Of a stretch of 64,000 bases of DNA, positions 32,277-42,600 are shown piece by piece (position 1 is the stretch's first letter; every line of letters begins with the position of its first letter). The stretch is from Pelagomonas calceolata (taxonomy: Eukaryota): assembly GCA_918797485.1 (NCBI GenBank), contig CAKKNE010000001.1:4836001-4900000 (forward strand), read 5' to 3'. The notes under the pieces are model-generated. The model ran no database searches, was not told the DNA's origin, and was given only the letters and a program-made list of their open reading frames with translations. The position numbers and the translations under genes are program-made.

Positions 32277-32975
32277 ATGGCGCGCCTCACGAACGGCGAC
32301 GACATGCTGACGTTTTGGAGCCGCGCGCAGTACATGCGGCGCGAGGTCGAGCCCGACGTCACGGAGCTGCAAGCACATACCTCCCAACTCTACCCGCCGT
32401 CGTTCTGGCTGACGAAGAAGCAGGCCCAAAGGCGGTGGGCGTCGTCGATGACCTCCGCGGATCGAGCCGCCTACGAGAAACGACGGAATTCCCACCGCCA
32501 GTTCGTCTCGCCCATGCGACGGCGAGGCGAGGCCGTCATGAACTCGCCGAACAAACCGACGTCGATCTTAAGCCGGTCACATACCCCAAAGACGCCGGCC
32601 AAGGCCAAAACCAATCGCGAGAAGAAGGCCGAGATGCGGGCCGAGTTCCGCCAAAAAATCAAGGATAGGGGCTCCTGGAAGTACGTGACCCAGGCGGGCT
32701 GCTCCTTCTACTACAATGAAACGACGGGCATGTGCGAGACGGAACCGCCCGACTACGTGCGGAAGCGCGGCATGGTTAGGGCAGTGGAGGCCGCGAACTT
32801 TTTGGGGCGGAACATCCAGGCGGAGCGGAAAGCGGCGCCGGACGCCGACGACTGGATCAAGCAGATGATCGCCGACGAGGAGGCGTCGCGCGCGGAGGAG
32901 GACAGTCTGGCCGAGGACTCCTTCTCCTTCCTGGACGAGTGGTCGCGCGAGGGGCCCACGCGCTTTAAGTGGTAG
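32277..32975 (+). CDS. Hypothetical protein with a WW-like motif
   Basis: WKYVTQAGCSFYYNETTGMCETEPP; coding-like codon use. Confidence 0.65.
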   Translation: MARLTNGDDMLTFWSRAQYMRREVEPDVTELQAHTSQLYPPSFWLTKKQAQRRWASSMTSADRAAYEKRRNSHRQFVSPMRRRGEAVMNSPNKPTSILSRSHTPKTPAKAKTNREKKAEMRAEFRQKIKDRGSWKYVTQAGCSFYYNETTGMCETEPPDYVRKRGMVRAVEAANFLGRNIQAERKAAPDADDWIKQMIADEEASRAEEDSLAEDSFSFLDEWSREGPTRFKW

Positions 32976-33519
32976 CCATTAGACTTCTGACGTACTGACG
33001 GTAGTCGATGTTGGCCCCAAGGTCCAATTCCTCGAACTCGTCCGGCGTCAGGCGCTCCGGCGACGCGAAGTCGCAGAGCAGGTGGCGCAGCGTCTCTCTA
33101 TCTAAAGTACCCGAGCCGCCGTCGTCAAAGAGCGCCAGGAGCTTCAGGAGCTCGGGCTCGGCGCCGCGCGCGCGGTCGAGCTCGGCCGCCGCCGCCTCGC
33201 AAAAAGCGTCGCAACTCAAAAAGCGCGCGCCGCGCCGCGCCGCGAGGAAGCGGTCGACCGCCGCCTCGCCGTCGCCGAGGCCGAGCGCCCGCACGGCCTC
33301 GCGCGTCCGCGGCGCGTCGAGGCCGCGGCCGTCGTCGCAGGCGGCGAAGACGGCCCGGAGCTGCTGCTTCGTCGTCTCGTCGAGCTCCGGAGCCGACTCG
33401 TCCGGCGGCAGCATCGCGGCGAAGCGCGGTTTCGGGGGCAGCGCCGTCGCCTGGCCGTAGTTCGGCGGCGGAGTTTTTGGGGGTAAGGCATTCGGGGAGT
33501 CGAGCTCTTCGACCTGCAT
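32965..33519 (-). CDS. Degenerate calmodulin/centrin-like EF-hand protein
   Basis: QLRAVFAACD, LFDDGGSGTLDRETLRHLL, LTPDEFEEL..IDYRQYV. Confidence 0.7.
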   Translation of the reverse strand: MQVEELDSPNALPPKTPPPNYGQATALPPKPRFAAMLPPDESAPELDETTKQQLRAVFAACDDGRGLDAPRTREAVRALGLGDGEAAVDRFLAARRGARFLSCDAFCEAAAAELDRARGAEPELLKLLALFDDGGSGTLDRETLRHLLCDFASPERLTPDEFEELDLGANIDYRQYVRSLMATT

Positions 33520-33525
33520 CCTGTA

Positions 33526-33646
33526 GGCTGCCCCCTGTCTTCAAATTGCTTATACCAGCGGCTGTCCGCGCTGCTCAGGAATGGGGCTGCCCCCCTGTCT
33601 TCAAAATTGCTTATACCAGCTGGCTGCCTGCGCTGCTCAGGAGTGG
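33526..33646. repeat. Imperfect tandem duplication of about 60 bp (2 copies)
   Basis: GGCTGCCCCCTGTCTTCAAATTGCTTATACCAGC..GCTG..GCGCTGCTCAGGA begins at 33526 and again at 33585. Confidence 0.85.
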
Positions 33647-33871
33647 TGGTAATTGTTCGCAGTCTCTAAATCGCCAGGAAATAAGGAGCTTTTCGCCACA
33701 GAGTGCAAATACGCCGCGCCTCGAGCTCGAGGCAAGAAATCTAGTGTGTCGATACACTAGACATTATTGCTCTCCGGCTTTTTGCAGAGCGTGGTGGGGC
33801 GCGGCGGGCAGCAGGTTAAGCTGGTGACTACCAGGTTGAAGCGCTGACCACGCCTGACAACACGAGCAACG

Positions 33872-34834
33872 ATGAAACCCCACCAACTCGCCCTCACGGC
33901 AGCGGCAACGCTCGTCGCCGGCGCTTTTGTCAGGTGGCTGCTGGCGGACGACGACGACGAGAAGGATGACGAAGCGGCGCACCGAAAACAAGCGGCGCTG
34001 CGCGCGCGGGCCCGCGAAATTAAAGCGCAAAAAGCCATGGCGCGGCGGCCGAAGCGCGCGCGGCCGACGGCCGCCAAACGATTACAACAAAACAACGCGC
34101 TGGCCGTGGCCTACGGCGGGTCGCAGGATGCCGTGGACGTGGCCGCGCGCGCGCTGCGGGCCGCCGAGGCCGCGGCCCGCGAGCGGCTGGACGCAGCGCT
34201 CAAGGTTTACGACGGCCTTTCGACGGACGCGCCGGAGATCGAGGTGGACCTCGCGTGGTGGGAGCTCATGGACGCGCGCCAGCGGCGGAGTCTGGGGCGG
34301 CAACTCGCCGACACGGTCGCGAAGTGTCGGCGGGCGCTCAAGCCGACGATCGTGACGCTGTCGTCGTATACGAACGAGCCAAAGGCGCACCTCGAGGCGA
34401 TCGGGTCCGCCAAGTGGCCCGTGGTTCGCGACGCGCGCGACACGTGGAAGCGGCGCCGGGAACGCACGGCGCGCGTCGTCTACCTCACGCCGGACGCCGA
34501 CGAGGCCCTGGAGGGGCTCGAGGACGGCGTGACGTACGTCGTGGCCGGGCTTGTAGATAGACCCGTGCGGAAGAATTGTACGCGGGACGCGGCGAATTTA
34601 CACGGCTGCGAAGTGCGGCGGCTGCCGCTGCGCGAGTTCCGAGGTGCTATGAAGCGGCGGCGCGAGGGCATCCTGAACGTGGACGTCGTCGTGCACATTT
34701 TGTTGCGGTACCGGGACAATGGCGGCGACTGGGCCGAGGCGTTGCAAGCGGCGCTCCCGGACGGGAAAGCGACGCCGCACCGGCTGCAGCCCCGGCGCAT
34801 AGCCGTCGTGACGCCGCCCCGGACGCCGCCTTAG
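33872..34834 (+). CDS. TRM10: tRNA m1G9/m1A9 methyltransferase-like (TRM10, SPOUT)
   Basis: VVYLTPDA..LE....YVVAGLVDR, RRLPL, ILNVDVVVHILL, DWAEALQAALP. Confidence 0.82.
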   Translation: MKPHQLALTAAATLVAGAFVRWLLADDDDEKDDEAAHRKQAALRARAREIKAQKAMARRPKRARPTAAKRLQQNNALAVAYGGSQDAVDVAARALRAAEAAARERLDAALKVYDGLSTDAPEIEVDLAWWELMDARQRRSLGRQLADTVAKCRRALKPTIVTLSSYTNEPKAHLEAIGSAKWPVVRDARDTWKRRRERTARVVYLTPDADEALEGLEDGVTYVVAGLVDRPVRKNCTRDAANLHGCEVRRLPLREFRGAMKRRREGILNVDVVVHILLRYRDNGGDWAEALQAALPDGKATPHRLQPRRIAVVTPPRTPP

Positions 34835-34868
34835 AGTCAGCAGTAATAAATTACGGGAGATGAATTGT

Positions 34869-36117
34869 CTAGTCGCTCGCGTCGGTGTCCGCGAAGACGA
34901 CACGCAGCGCTGCCTTGGCGTCCGGCGGGGGCGAGGGCCTTCCGCTCGGCACGTCGAGGTCCCTACTGGAGTCCCTACCGGAGATGGCCGCCGACGTGAG
35001 GACCTTGTCCGGCGCGGCCTCGATGAACTTCAGCCCCAGGTACTCGAGGAAGCGCCTGACTAATTTCACGGTGTGGGCCTCCTCGTTCCAGACGATCTTG
35101 AAGGGCGGGTCCCAGCTCTGCAGGTGCTGCGCCGCGAGGCCGCAGCAGAAGGCCACGATCGCGATCATGATCCGGATTTTTAGGGTGGTGGCCGCGTCAT
35201 GTGGCAGGAGTCGGTCCATGAACGTAGGAGGCACGCGGTACTCCCGGTCTTCCTCCTTCGTCTGGGAGGACCTGTGTAGAAATTAACCAGTGAGTTAGGT
35301 TATCCTGAGAAATATTGCGTGGACCTTCGTGAGCTGATTTCCACACAGGGGAGGACGTCTTCCCGAGCTGCACCTCGATGGCGCCTACTTTAATGCGCGG
35401 ACCGCCCGCGGCCCGCACCTCGGAATGGCCGCCGACCCAGACGATGACCGGAAAGCCGAACGACTTGGCCCGCTCGACGGCCGCCCTTATCTGTTCGACG
35501 CCCCGCTTGCCGATGGGGTTCGCCCTTAGATCCAACTCAAAGCGTTTCGACGTGTCGAACGCACACGGCGACGAGAGTTGGTGGAGCGGATTGGCGCAGC
35601 TAGCTATTAATTGAGCCAGTCTCCTCGCTCCTTCGTTGCTGATGCCATGGTGCTGGATGATCAAGTTGCGCAGTCGCCTCTTTTCCTTCCGCACGAACTG
35701 CTTCCCGTGCAAGCGTTTCACTAGGTCCTTGATGCCGTCGTCGCCCAGCGGCTCCGCCTTTAGCGTGAGGTCGAGCGTCGTGCACCGCTTGAGGTTGATC
35801 TCGCCGTCGTCGCACCACTCGCCTTTTAAGCGCTTGCGCTCCCGCTTCTTCGATCTTATGTTATCCGTGCGCACGCGCGCGTAGGTGGCCGCTCCCACCA
35901 GCAAGGCAATGATCAGCGCGATCGCATATAAACCATAGCGCTGGAAGGTTTTTGATTTTTCGAGGAAGTTTGCCTTTTGGAGGCCCGGCAGGCCGGACTT
36001 CGCCCGCAGCTCTGCGAAATAAGAGCGCAGCTCCTTGGTCGGCGTGTCCTCGTCCTCCTCGGCGCGGCTGCCCTTTTTGGGTTCCGGCTCCGCGGCGCTG
36101 CTCCGGCGCGAGAACAT
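34869..36117 (-). CDS. Membrane protein with short RNI-like LRR region; intron 35272-35356
   Basis: TM YGLYAIALIIALLVGAA; LGDDGIKDL, ISNEGARRLA, LDLRANPIGKRG; splicing gives LGKT/SSQTKEEDREYRVPPTF and a second TM. Confidence 0.7.
35272..35356 (-). mobile_element. Introner, 85-nt GT-AG intron with perfect 8-bp TSD
   Basis: Minus strand GTCCTCCC-CTGTGTGGAAATCA...TTAATTTCTACACAG-GTCCTCCC. Confidence 0.92.
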
Positions 36118-36200
36118 GGTATGGGCTGAGCGCGGGCGGGTGGCCTCGCTTACGGTTCCGGGTGAACAGCTCAATTGCAGCCAAAGAACTGAAATGCATG

Positions 36201-36222
36201 CTAGTGCCTTAGTGACCGCTAA
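36201..36222. promoter_or_regulatory. CTAGTG-N10-CGCTAA motif
   Basis: CTAGTGCCTTAGTGACCGCTAA upstream of the 36117 start. Confidence 0.45.
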
Positions 36223-36418
36223 CTCCGGTTCGTCTGCCGAGGCGTTCGGCGGGGGTTGCCGGGGCGGTTCTGCTAAGGAGGTATGCTGTTCTGAAAACGC
36301 GGCACGCGCCCGCCGCCGATGAATCGACAACGCGGGGTCTCCAGGGCCTCCGCCCACTCGTCCCAGCATGACCGACGCATGCGCTAGCACAGTCTCGTAA
36401 CCTTACGCGACGACACAG

Positions 36419-37411
36419 CTAGCGGAGTAGCGCGGCGAGCAGCGCCCCCGCCGCGAAGGCGCCGCCCATCAAAGAGAGGCGGCACGGCGAGGAGGACCCA
36501 CCGCCGAGCGCGTCCTGCGCCAGGGTCAGCGCGCCGATGATGCCCGCGTCGTTGCCGTGGGGCGACGGCACGATGAGCGTCTCGGCCGCCGCGGCCGACG
36601 CCACGGCGGGCACCGGGATGTAGCCGTTCAAATATTGGACCGTCTTCGCCCGAATTCGCGGAAAGAGCGACGCGCGGAGCATGACGCCGCCGCTGAGCAC
36701 GATCTTCTCGGGCGACACGACCAGGATCAAGTTCGCGCAGAGCGCCGCGAGGTAGTGCGCGGCCACGTCCCAGACCGGGTGGTCATCAGGTAAATCCTTG
36801 AGGCCGGCCGTGTCATTCAACCCCGCGCGTTTTGCCAAAGCGCCGGACGCGCACATGGCCTCGACCTCGGCCCAGCCCGGGCAGTTTAATGAAGGGTTGT
36901 GGCCCGCAAAATCATCGCCCGGGTAGCGCGGCACGCAGGCGTGGCCCGCCTCCGGGTGCAATAATCCATGAACGGGCGCGCCGTTCACGACGAGGCCAAC
37001 GCCGACGCCGGTGCCGACGGTCGCATAGGCGACGCACGACGGGTCCTCTCCTTTGTCGATCATGGCGCGGTATTCGGATAAAGCGGGCGCGTTCACGTCC
37101 GTGTCGAACTTGACTGGCACGCCGAAGATGTCCAAAGCGCCGACGACGTCCGCGTCGCGCCACAATTTCTTCGGCGTCTTCGTGATGTGGCCATAGGTCT
37201 TCGATGATGTTCTTGGGTCGACGGGGCCGAAGGTCGCGATGCCCAGGGCGTCGAAGGACCGCTGTCTGAGCCAGGCTTTGCACTTGCTTAGGGTCTCTTC
37301 CGGCGTCGTCGTCGGGAACGAGGCCCTCTCAATGATATTCTCGGGTTTGTCTTTCGCGATGGCGACGACATAGGTCGTGCCGCCGCCTTCTACTGCGGCG
37401 AGGACGGGCAT
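36419..37411 (-). CDS. ROK-family fructokinase
   Basis: AVEGGGT, GIATFGP, FDTDVNAPA, TVGTGVGVG, HPEAGH, EAMCASGAL. Confidence 0.9.
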   Translation of the reverse strand: MPVLAAVEGGGTTYVVAIAKDKPENIIERASFPTTTPEETLSKCKAWLRQRSFDALGIATFGPVDPRTSSKTYGHITKTPKKLWRDADVVGALDIFGVPVKFDTDVNAPALSEYRAMIDKGEDPSCVAYATVGTGVGVGLVVNGAPVHGLLHPEAGHACVPRYPGDDFAGHNPSLNCPGWAEVEAMCASGALAKRAGLNDTAGLKDLPDDHPVWDVAAHYLAALCANLILVVSPEKIVLSGGVMLRASLFPRIRAKTVQYLNGYIPVPAVASAAAAETLIVPSPHGNDAGIIGALTLAQDALGGGSSSPCRLSLMGGAFAAGALLAALLR

Positions 37412-37742
37412 CGTTCGTGCGCGGGTGTGTGGATTGAGTGGTCCTGCTGTGTCTGTCCTGCGCGCTTGTGCCGCGGATGTTTCGAGCGGCAGCGTCAAGA
37501 GGGCAGTACGGCGCTGCAGGAAACTTGTTTTCTCAGCGTGTGAGGCAGATATGCGCCTGCAAAAAGGCTGTGGCTCAAAAAACTGATTTTTTTCAGCCGC
37601 AAAACCCGTACCGATTCCGAGCATATATATCTCTGAGCCGTAGGCGTTTTCGTGGCTCGTAACAAGTCGCCCATGATCGCTGCTGCCGCCACCCAAGTAC
37701 GCCCCGAAAGCGACACTGAAATCAGACACAGTCTCTTACACA

Positions 37743-39170
37743 TCACAACGCGACGCTCTCGATGTCGCCCTCCCCAACATTGGGCTTCGGCGACGCCGGC
37801 GCGGGCGGCATCGGCGGCGCCGCCGCCGCCTGGGCCGCGTAGAAGCGCTTTGTGCGTCGCCGAATCTTGGCGTAGCGGTAACAACTATGAGCTAGGATGC
37901 CCACGACCGATAAAGCAGCGAACGCAACCAACAGCTGCGCCCAGACGGACGGGTCGTCGACGTCCACGTAGCCGCCCTTGCCGTGCCAGCCGCCGCCCTC
38001 GCACTCGCCCTCGCACGCAAAGCCCACCCGCAAATTCTCCACGTCGTATAACGTATAATAGGCCTCCGTGAAGACGTCGCCTAAAATCCAGTACGGGGAC
38101 CCCGACGCCTTCTGCACCTTGACGACGCACTCGCCCCAGCGCGAGCACGACACGTAGTCGCGCGCTCGTAAAGGAAAGACGTTGTCCGGTTCGAGACTAA
38201 AACTCAGGTCGGGAAAATCGTCCTCGCTCGCGTAGTAGCACGTGACGTCCTTGCAGTTCAAGCCGCGTGTCACGGCCGCGACGAAGTCGTCATACACATC
38301 ATCGGGCAATCCTAGACCGGACGTGCCGCTGTCGACAATCGAGTAGCAGCCCTTGGCGCACCACGCGTCGCCCACTTCTAATTCTACTCCTTTGAGTTTC
38401 GTGAGCCAGTATCTTAAGGTCGTGTCCTCGTCGCCGCGTCTCACTAACGGCGTGTAGTGCCACGACGCGTTCTTGCCCACGAGCGATAAGTCGTAGCTTC
38501 CGAAGGCCAGATGGGATTTTTTATCGTCGGGATTCGTCGACAAATACACGGAGAAGAGGTAGGGCACCTCGGGGTGCTGCTCGTGCAACAACTCTAGTAA
38601 CGTGGGCTGCGTGACCATGGCTAAGCCTGGAAAGGCCATCCCTGCAATCCCGTCCATCATAAATTCCCTAATTTCTTCATCTTCGTAGTCCACCTCGCCG
38701 AACTTGACCTTCTCTATTTTGAGGCCACCAACAGTAACGGTGTCCCTGGCTTGCGCGCCCGTGACGCGACCGCTGCCGTAGTCCACTTCAAAAGCCGCGG
38801 GCGTGCCGTGCGGGTTCATGACCTGTTCATATGTGGACGACTTCGACCCGTCGAAGGTGTCGTGCTTGCCGCACTTGGCGCCGCACTTTTTGGCCGGCAG
38901 CCACAAGTCGCTGCTCCCGGTGTCGAACACGACCGTCAGCTTCTGCGGCGGCGTGCCGATCTCCAGCGAGCCGACGTACTGATTATTAAAATAGTCCGTC
39001 AGGGAGATCGTGTGGTCCTCCTTTGTACTTAATTGGCGTCGGTGGAGCTCGGTCGTGAACGCCGCCGCGGGCGCGCCGATCGGCGCGAGGGCGAGGGCGC
39101 TTCGCGTGAGCGCTGTGGCGCAGAGGGCGAGCGCTGGGGCCCGTGTTCGTCGTCGTCTGCCTCGCGGCAT
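37743..39170 (-). CDS. Pepsin-family (A1) aspartic protease with C-terminal TM
   Basis: VVFDTGSSDLW, YGSG, IVDSGTS, WILGDVF..YYTLYD...RVGFA. Confidence 0.93.
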   Translation of the reverse strand: MPRGRRRRTRAPALALCATALTRSALALAPIGAPAAAFTTELHRRQLSTKEDHTISLTDYFNNQYVGSLEIGTPPQKLTVVFDTGSSDLWLPAKKCGAKCGKHDTFDGSKSSTYEQVMNPHGTPAAFEVDYGSGRVTGAQARDTVTVGGLKIEKVKFGEVDYEDEEIREFMMDGIAGMAFPGLAMVTQPTLLELLHEQHPEVPYLFSVYLSTNPDDKKSHLAFGSYDLSLVGKNASWHYTPLVRRGDEDTTLRYWLTKLKGVELEVGDAWCAKGCYSIVDSGTSGLGLPDDVYDDFVAAVTRGLNCKDVTCYYASEDDFPDLSFSLEPDNVFPLRARDYVSCSRWGECVVKVQKASGSPYWILGDVFTEAYYTLYDVENLRVGFACEGECEGGGWHGKGGYVDVDDPSVWAQLLVAFAALSVVGILAHSCYRYAKIRRRTKRFYAAQAAAAPPMPPAPASPKPNVGEGDIESVAL

Positions 39171-39674
39171 CGCGGCGGACGGCGTAAAGAGTGCCCAGGC
39201 GAATGAGGCAGAGGGCGCTCCACTAACGCTACGGGGGGGCGTCTCGCCAAGCACAGCTCCTCTGCGACGTCTGGCAGCCACTATAAACGACTTGGCGTGT
39301 CGTGCGCGGTTCTCAGTGGGCGCGCAGCGGAGGCCGCACAGCAATGGCCGCAGCTGAGAAAAAGATGTGAGCAGCCCTCCCTCAGGCACTGACCGATGCG
39401 TACGACGCATCGACAACTGATTTACGGACAAGCGCCAGGGAGCCCCACCAGCGTCCCCTAACCTCCACGAGCCGTGTACTTCAGTCCTCATAGACCCACT
39501 AACAACATACAATCACCATGGTACATATACGATGTGATCATCCGCGGCACCGTCACCGCAACACGAGAAAAAAAATTTCAACGGGCCCAGCCCCAGAGTA
39601 TGTATACACGGGCGGGCGGGGGGGAGGAGCGCGAAAGGGGAGGAACTGGAAGGGGGCCGAACGTGAAGTCGGGT

Positions 39675-42600
39675 CTACTCGATGCCTTCGGCCTCGAGGA
39701 TGTTGTGGCGGTACATGCGGTGGGGCGCCTCGCCGGCCGAGGGGTGGGCCTTCGGCACGTTCGTCTGCGAGAATTTGATGAGGTACTCGGGGTACGCCTG
39801 GGCGTCGTGGTACGTGACGTAGATGCTCGGCTCCTTGCCGGGCTCGGTGTCGACCGTGGAGTCGAAGAGCAGGTTCTTGGCGTTGTCGCGGATGTCGGGC
39901 GTGAGCGCGTCCTTGACGCCCTTGCAGTACTGGCCGACGACCGCGCGCACGAGGAAGATCGACTGCACGCCCTGCGGGTCCGGGCGGCAGTAGAGCGGGT
40001 AGGTCGAGTACTTGGCGTCGCGGGCGAAGTAGACGCCCTTGCCGTAGAACGTCGCGTTCTTGCCGCAGAACGAGCGGTTGAAGCCTTGTTGGAGGATCTT
40101 GGGCACGATGTCGCCGGGGCAGCCGTGGAAGAGCCAGCAGCGCACGTACTTGCGCAGGGCCTTGCTCTCGTCCTCCTCGCGCGCGCAGATCTGCGACTTC
40201 TTCACGGAGTACGACTGCCAGAGGCTCACGTTCTGCACGCGGTCGATGGAGTAGATGCGGAAGTTCGAGCGGTTCAAGGTCAACATGAAGGCATTCAAGA
40301 CGCGGTTGTACTCGTCCCGCGTCTTCGCGTCGCGCGGGTCGAGGCGGAAGAGCTCGGCCATGAGCGGGTCCTTGACCTCGTCCCAGTACGCCGGCGGGTC
40401 CAAAGCCGACGCGCCGCCGCTGCCCCCGAGGGCCTTCTGGAGCTCGGCGAGCTGGTCCGCCGAGGGCACCTCCGTGTTCTCCATCTCGAACCAGCCCTGG
40501 TCTCGCGACCAGCCGACCGGAGGAGTGTCTGTCGGCGCGCCGGCCGCCGGCATCATGAGGGACCCGAAGGCCCATTTGCCGTCGTCGTGCTCCCGGGCGA
40601 TCTGCACGATGCTCCCGACGTGGAGCACCATGCAGGGCTCGTCGGCGTCGATGTCCGAGGGGCGGTCCGCGCCCTGCTCGACGTCGCGCGACGCCGGCCG
40701 CGCCACGGGGACAACCGGCGGCGCGTCCCGCAACATCTTGCGGCTGAAGCCCGTCCTTAAGTTCGTCTGGAGCATGCGCTCGACGTCGGCCTCGTACGCC
40801 GCCGTGAGCTGGATCTTGCCCTGGCGCGCGACGAAGGCCTTCTCGAGGCGCGCGGAGGCCGCGTCGTCGTAGGGGATCCAGTACGGCGGCTTGACGACGG
40901 GGTGGGCCGCCAGGCGCGCCGGGCTCTCCTCCCAGTACCAGCGCGCCGGCGCGGCCGGCGGCCCCGCGCGGCCGCCGCCGCCGCCGCCGCCCCCGGGCGC
41001 GGCGGCCTTGACGACGGCGCGCATGCCGACGACGCTGTCGCGGAAGTTCTGGAGCTCCTCCTGCTGCTCGGAGATAATGGCCTTCTGGGCTTTGCTTTTC
41101 GCCTGTGTGGAAATCAACCAGTGCGTCGGGTGCGTCGGCGATGACGCGGCCGTCCTGGCTCGGTCGAGCGGCGAGGAACCGGCATCGCCACGCCATCGAG
41201 CAGGCGTCGCGTCGATGGCGTGGAGGACGACGCGATGATTCAGCACAAACGCGCCGTAAAATTTTGATTTCCACACAGCTCTTCACCTTCATCTTCTTGC
41301 GGTAGAAGTAGAGGAAGACCGCGAGGCCGAGGAGGAGGACGCACATGACGACGATCATGGCGATGACGTAGCCCGGGACCTCGTTCGACCCCTTCTTGCT
41401 CGGCGTTTTGCACGTGCCGCCGTCGCACTCGCCCTCGACGCACGGCCAGTCGCCCGAGCAGAAGCCGCCCAGCATGCCCGCGGAGGTGCCGTACATCCCG
41501 GCGTACATCAGGTCGAATCCCTTCTTCGGGACCGGGTTGTTCAGGTCGGACTCGAAGACGGCGACGAACTTGCCGCTGGTCGCGGTGTATTCGAACTCCC
41601 ACTCGGCGGGATCGTCACCGCCCTTCAACGTCCCCACCAGCGTGCCGTCCTCGTCATTGTTGTAGATCTTGACGGCGTCCGTGGTGGACGTGAGCGCGCC
41701 CGACGCCTCGACGTCCCAGACCAGGGCCTTGAACGACAGGCCCGTGAAGCCAGGCGACACTTCGAACTCCCAGCGGCACGTCGTCATCGCGGGGTAGTCC
41801 GTCGCATCCGCCGCGCTCTTCCCCGAGCTCGACGAGAACGAGCCGTGCCCGTGAACGCCGTCACGTTTCTGCGTGCCGGTGCAGTGATCCAGCGCGCAGT
41901 TCTTGATCGGCGGCGTCCAGTCGCCGTCGCAGTTGTCCTTAATCGTACTCGAAGTCGGAAGGGACCTGTATTTGAGCTCGAAGCCGCCGTTGTCCGTGGC
42001 GCCCACGGCCGTGTTGCCGAGGCCGTCCGACTCGAACGTCACGAAGACGTCGCCCTCAAAAAGTAATGGCGAGGGCGGCGTCGAGCCCGTCGCCGCGTAG
42101 AGCAGCTTCGGCTCCGTCGCTGGATCCGTGAGCGAAAAGCCCGTCGGCGCGGTGCCACCCGCGTAGATCTTGACGAAGTCGAAGCCGTTCTCGATCGCGA
42201 GCTGCGTGAACTCGAGCTCTACGTAGCTCGTCGTCTCGATGCGCCAGCCGCAGCGCGAGTTCGGCGCGTATTTATCCTCGGTTGTGGCCTTTATGGACTG
42301 CTGAGTTCCGGATGCTTGTTTTGTGACGACGCCGAGGCAGTAGGCGTACTCGCAGCTCGCGCCGCTCGTCCCGGCGGCGCAATTGGTGTTGGGGGCACTC
42401 CCTATGGAGCTGGAAGTCGCTTCAAAGCCCACGTCCTCGAGCACGCCGATCGCGTTCTCGTCGTAGCTATTCGTGGTCCATTTGACCGTGACCTCATCCT
42501 TAGAGCGGATCTCCGGCAGGTCGCTCGCGTCCCACCGGCCGGTGAACGCCGCCAGGAGGTCGCCATCTTTGTTGTAGAACTCGAGCCCGTCGTCGGGCGT

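Noticed and set aside
36419..37411. ROK fructokinase as a recent bacterial transfer or contamination
   Set aside because: Host-like codon use and eukaryotic flanking genes; bacterial-type ROK kinases occur in other protists, so this cannot be claimed without a phylogeny.
39474..40760. 428-aa plus-strand ORF
   Set aside because: Antisense shadow of the PARP exon.
39553..41286. C-terminal Arg/Gly-rich ~570 aa of the 1533-aa ORF
   Set aside because: Read-through of the introner into the wrong frame; the real exon 2 is the WWE/PARP frame.
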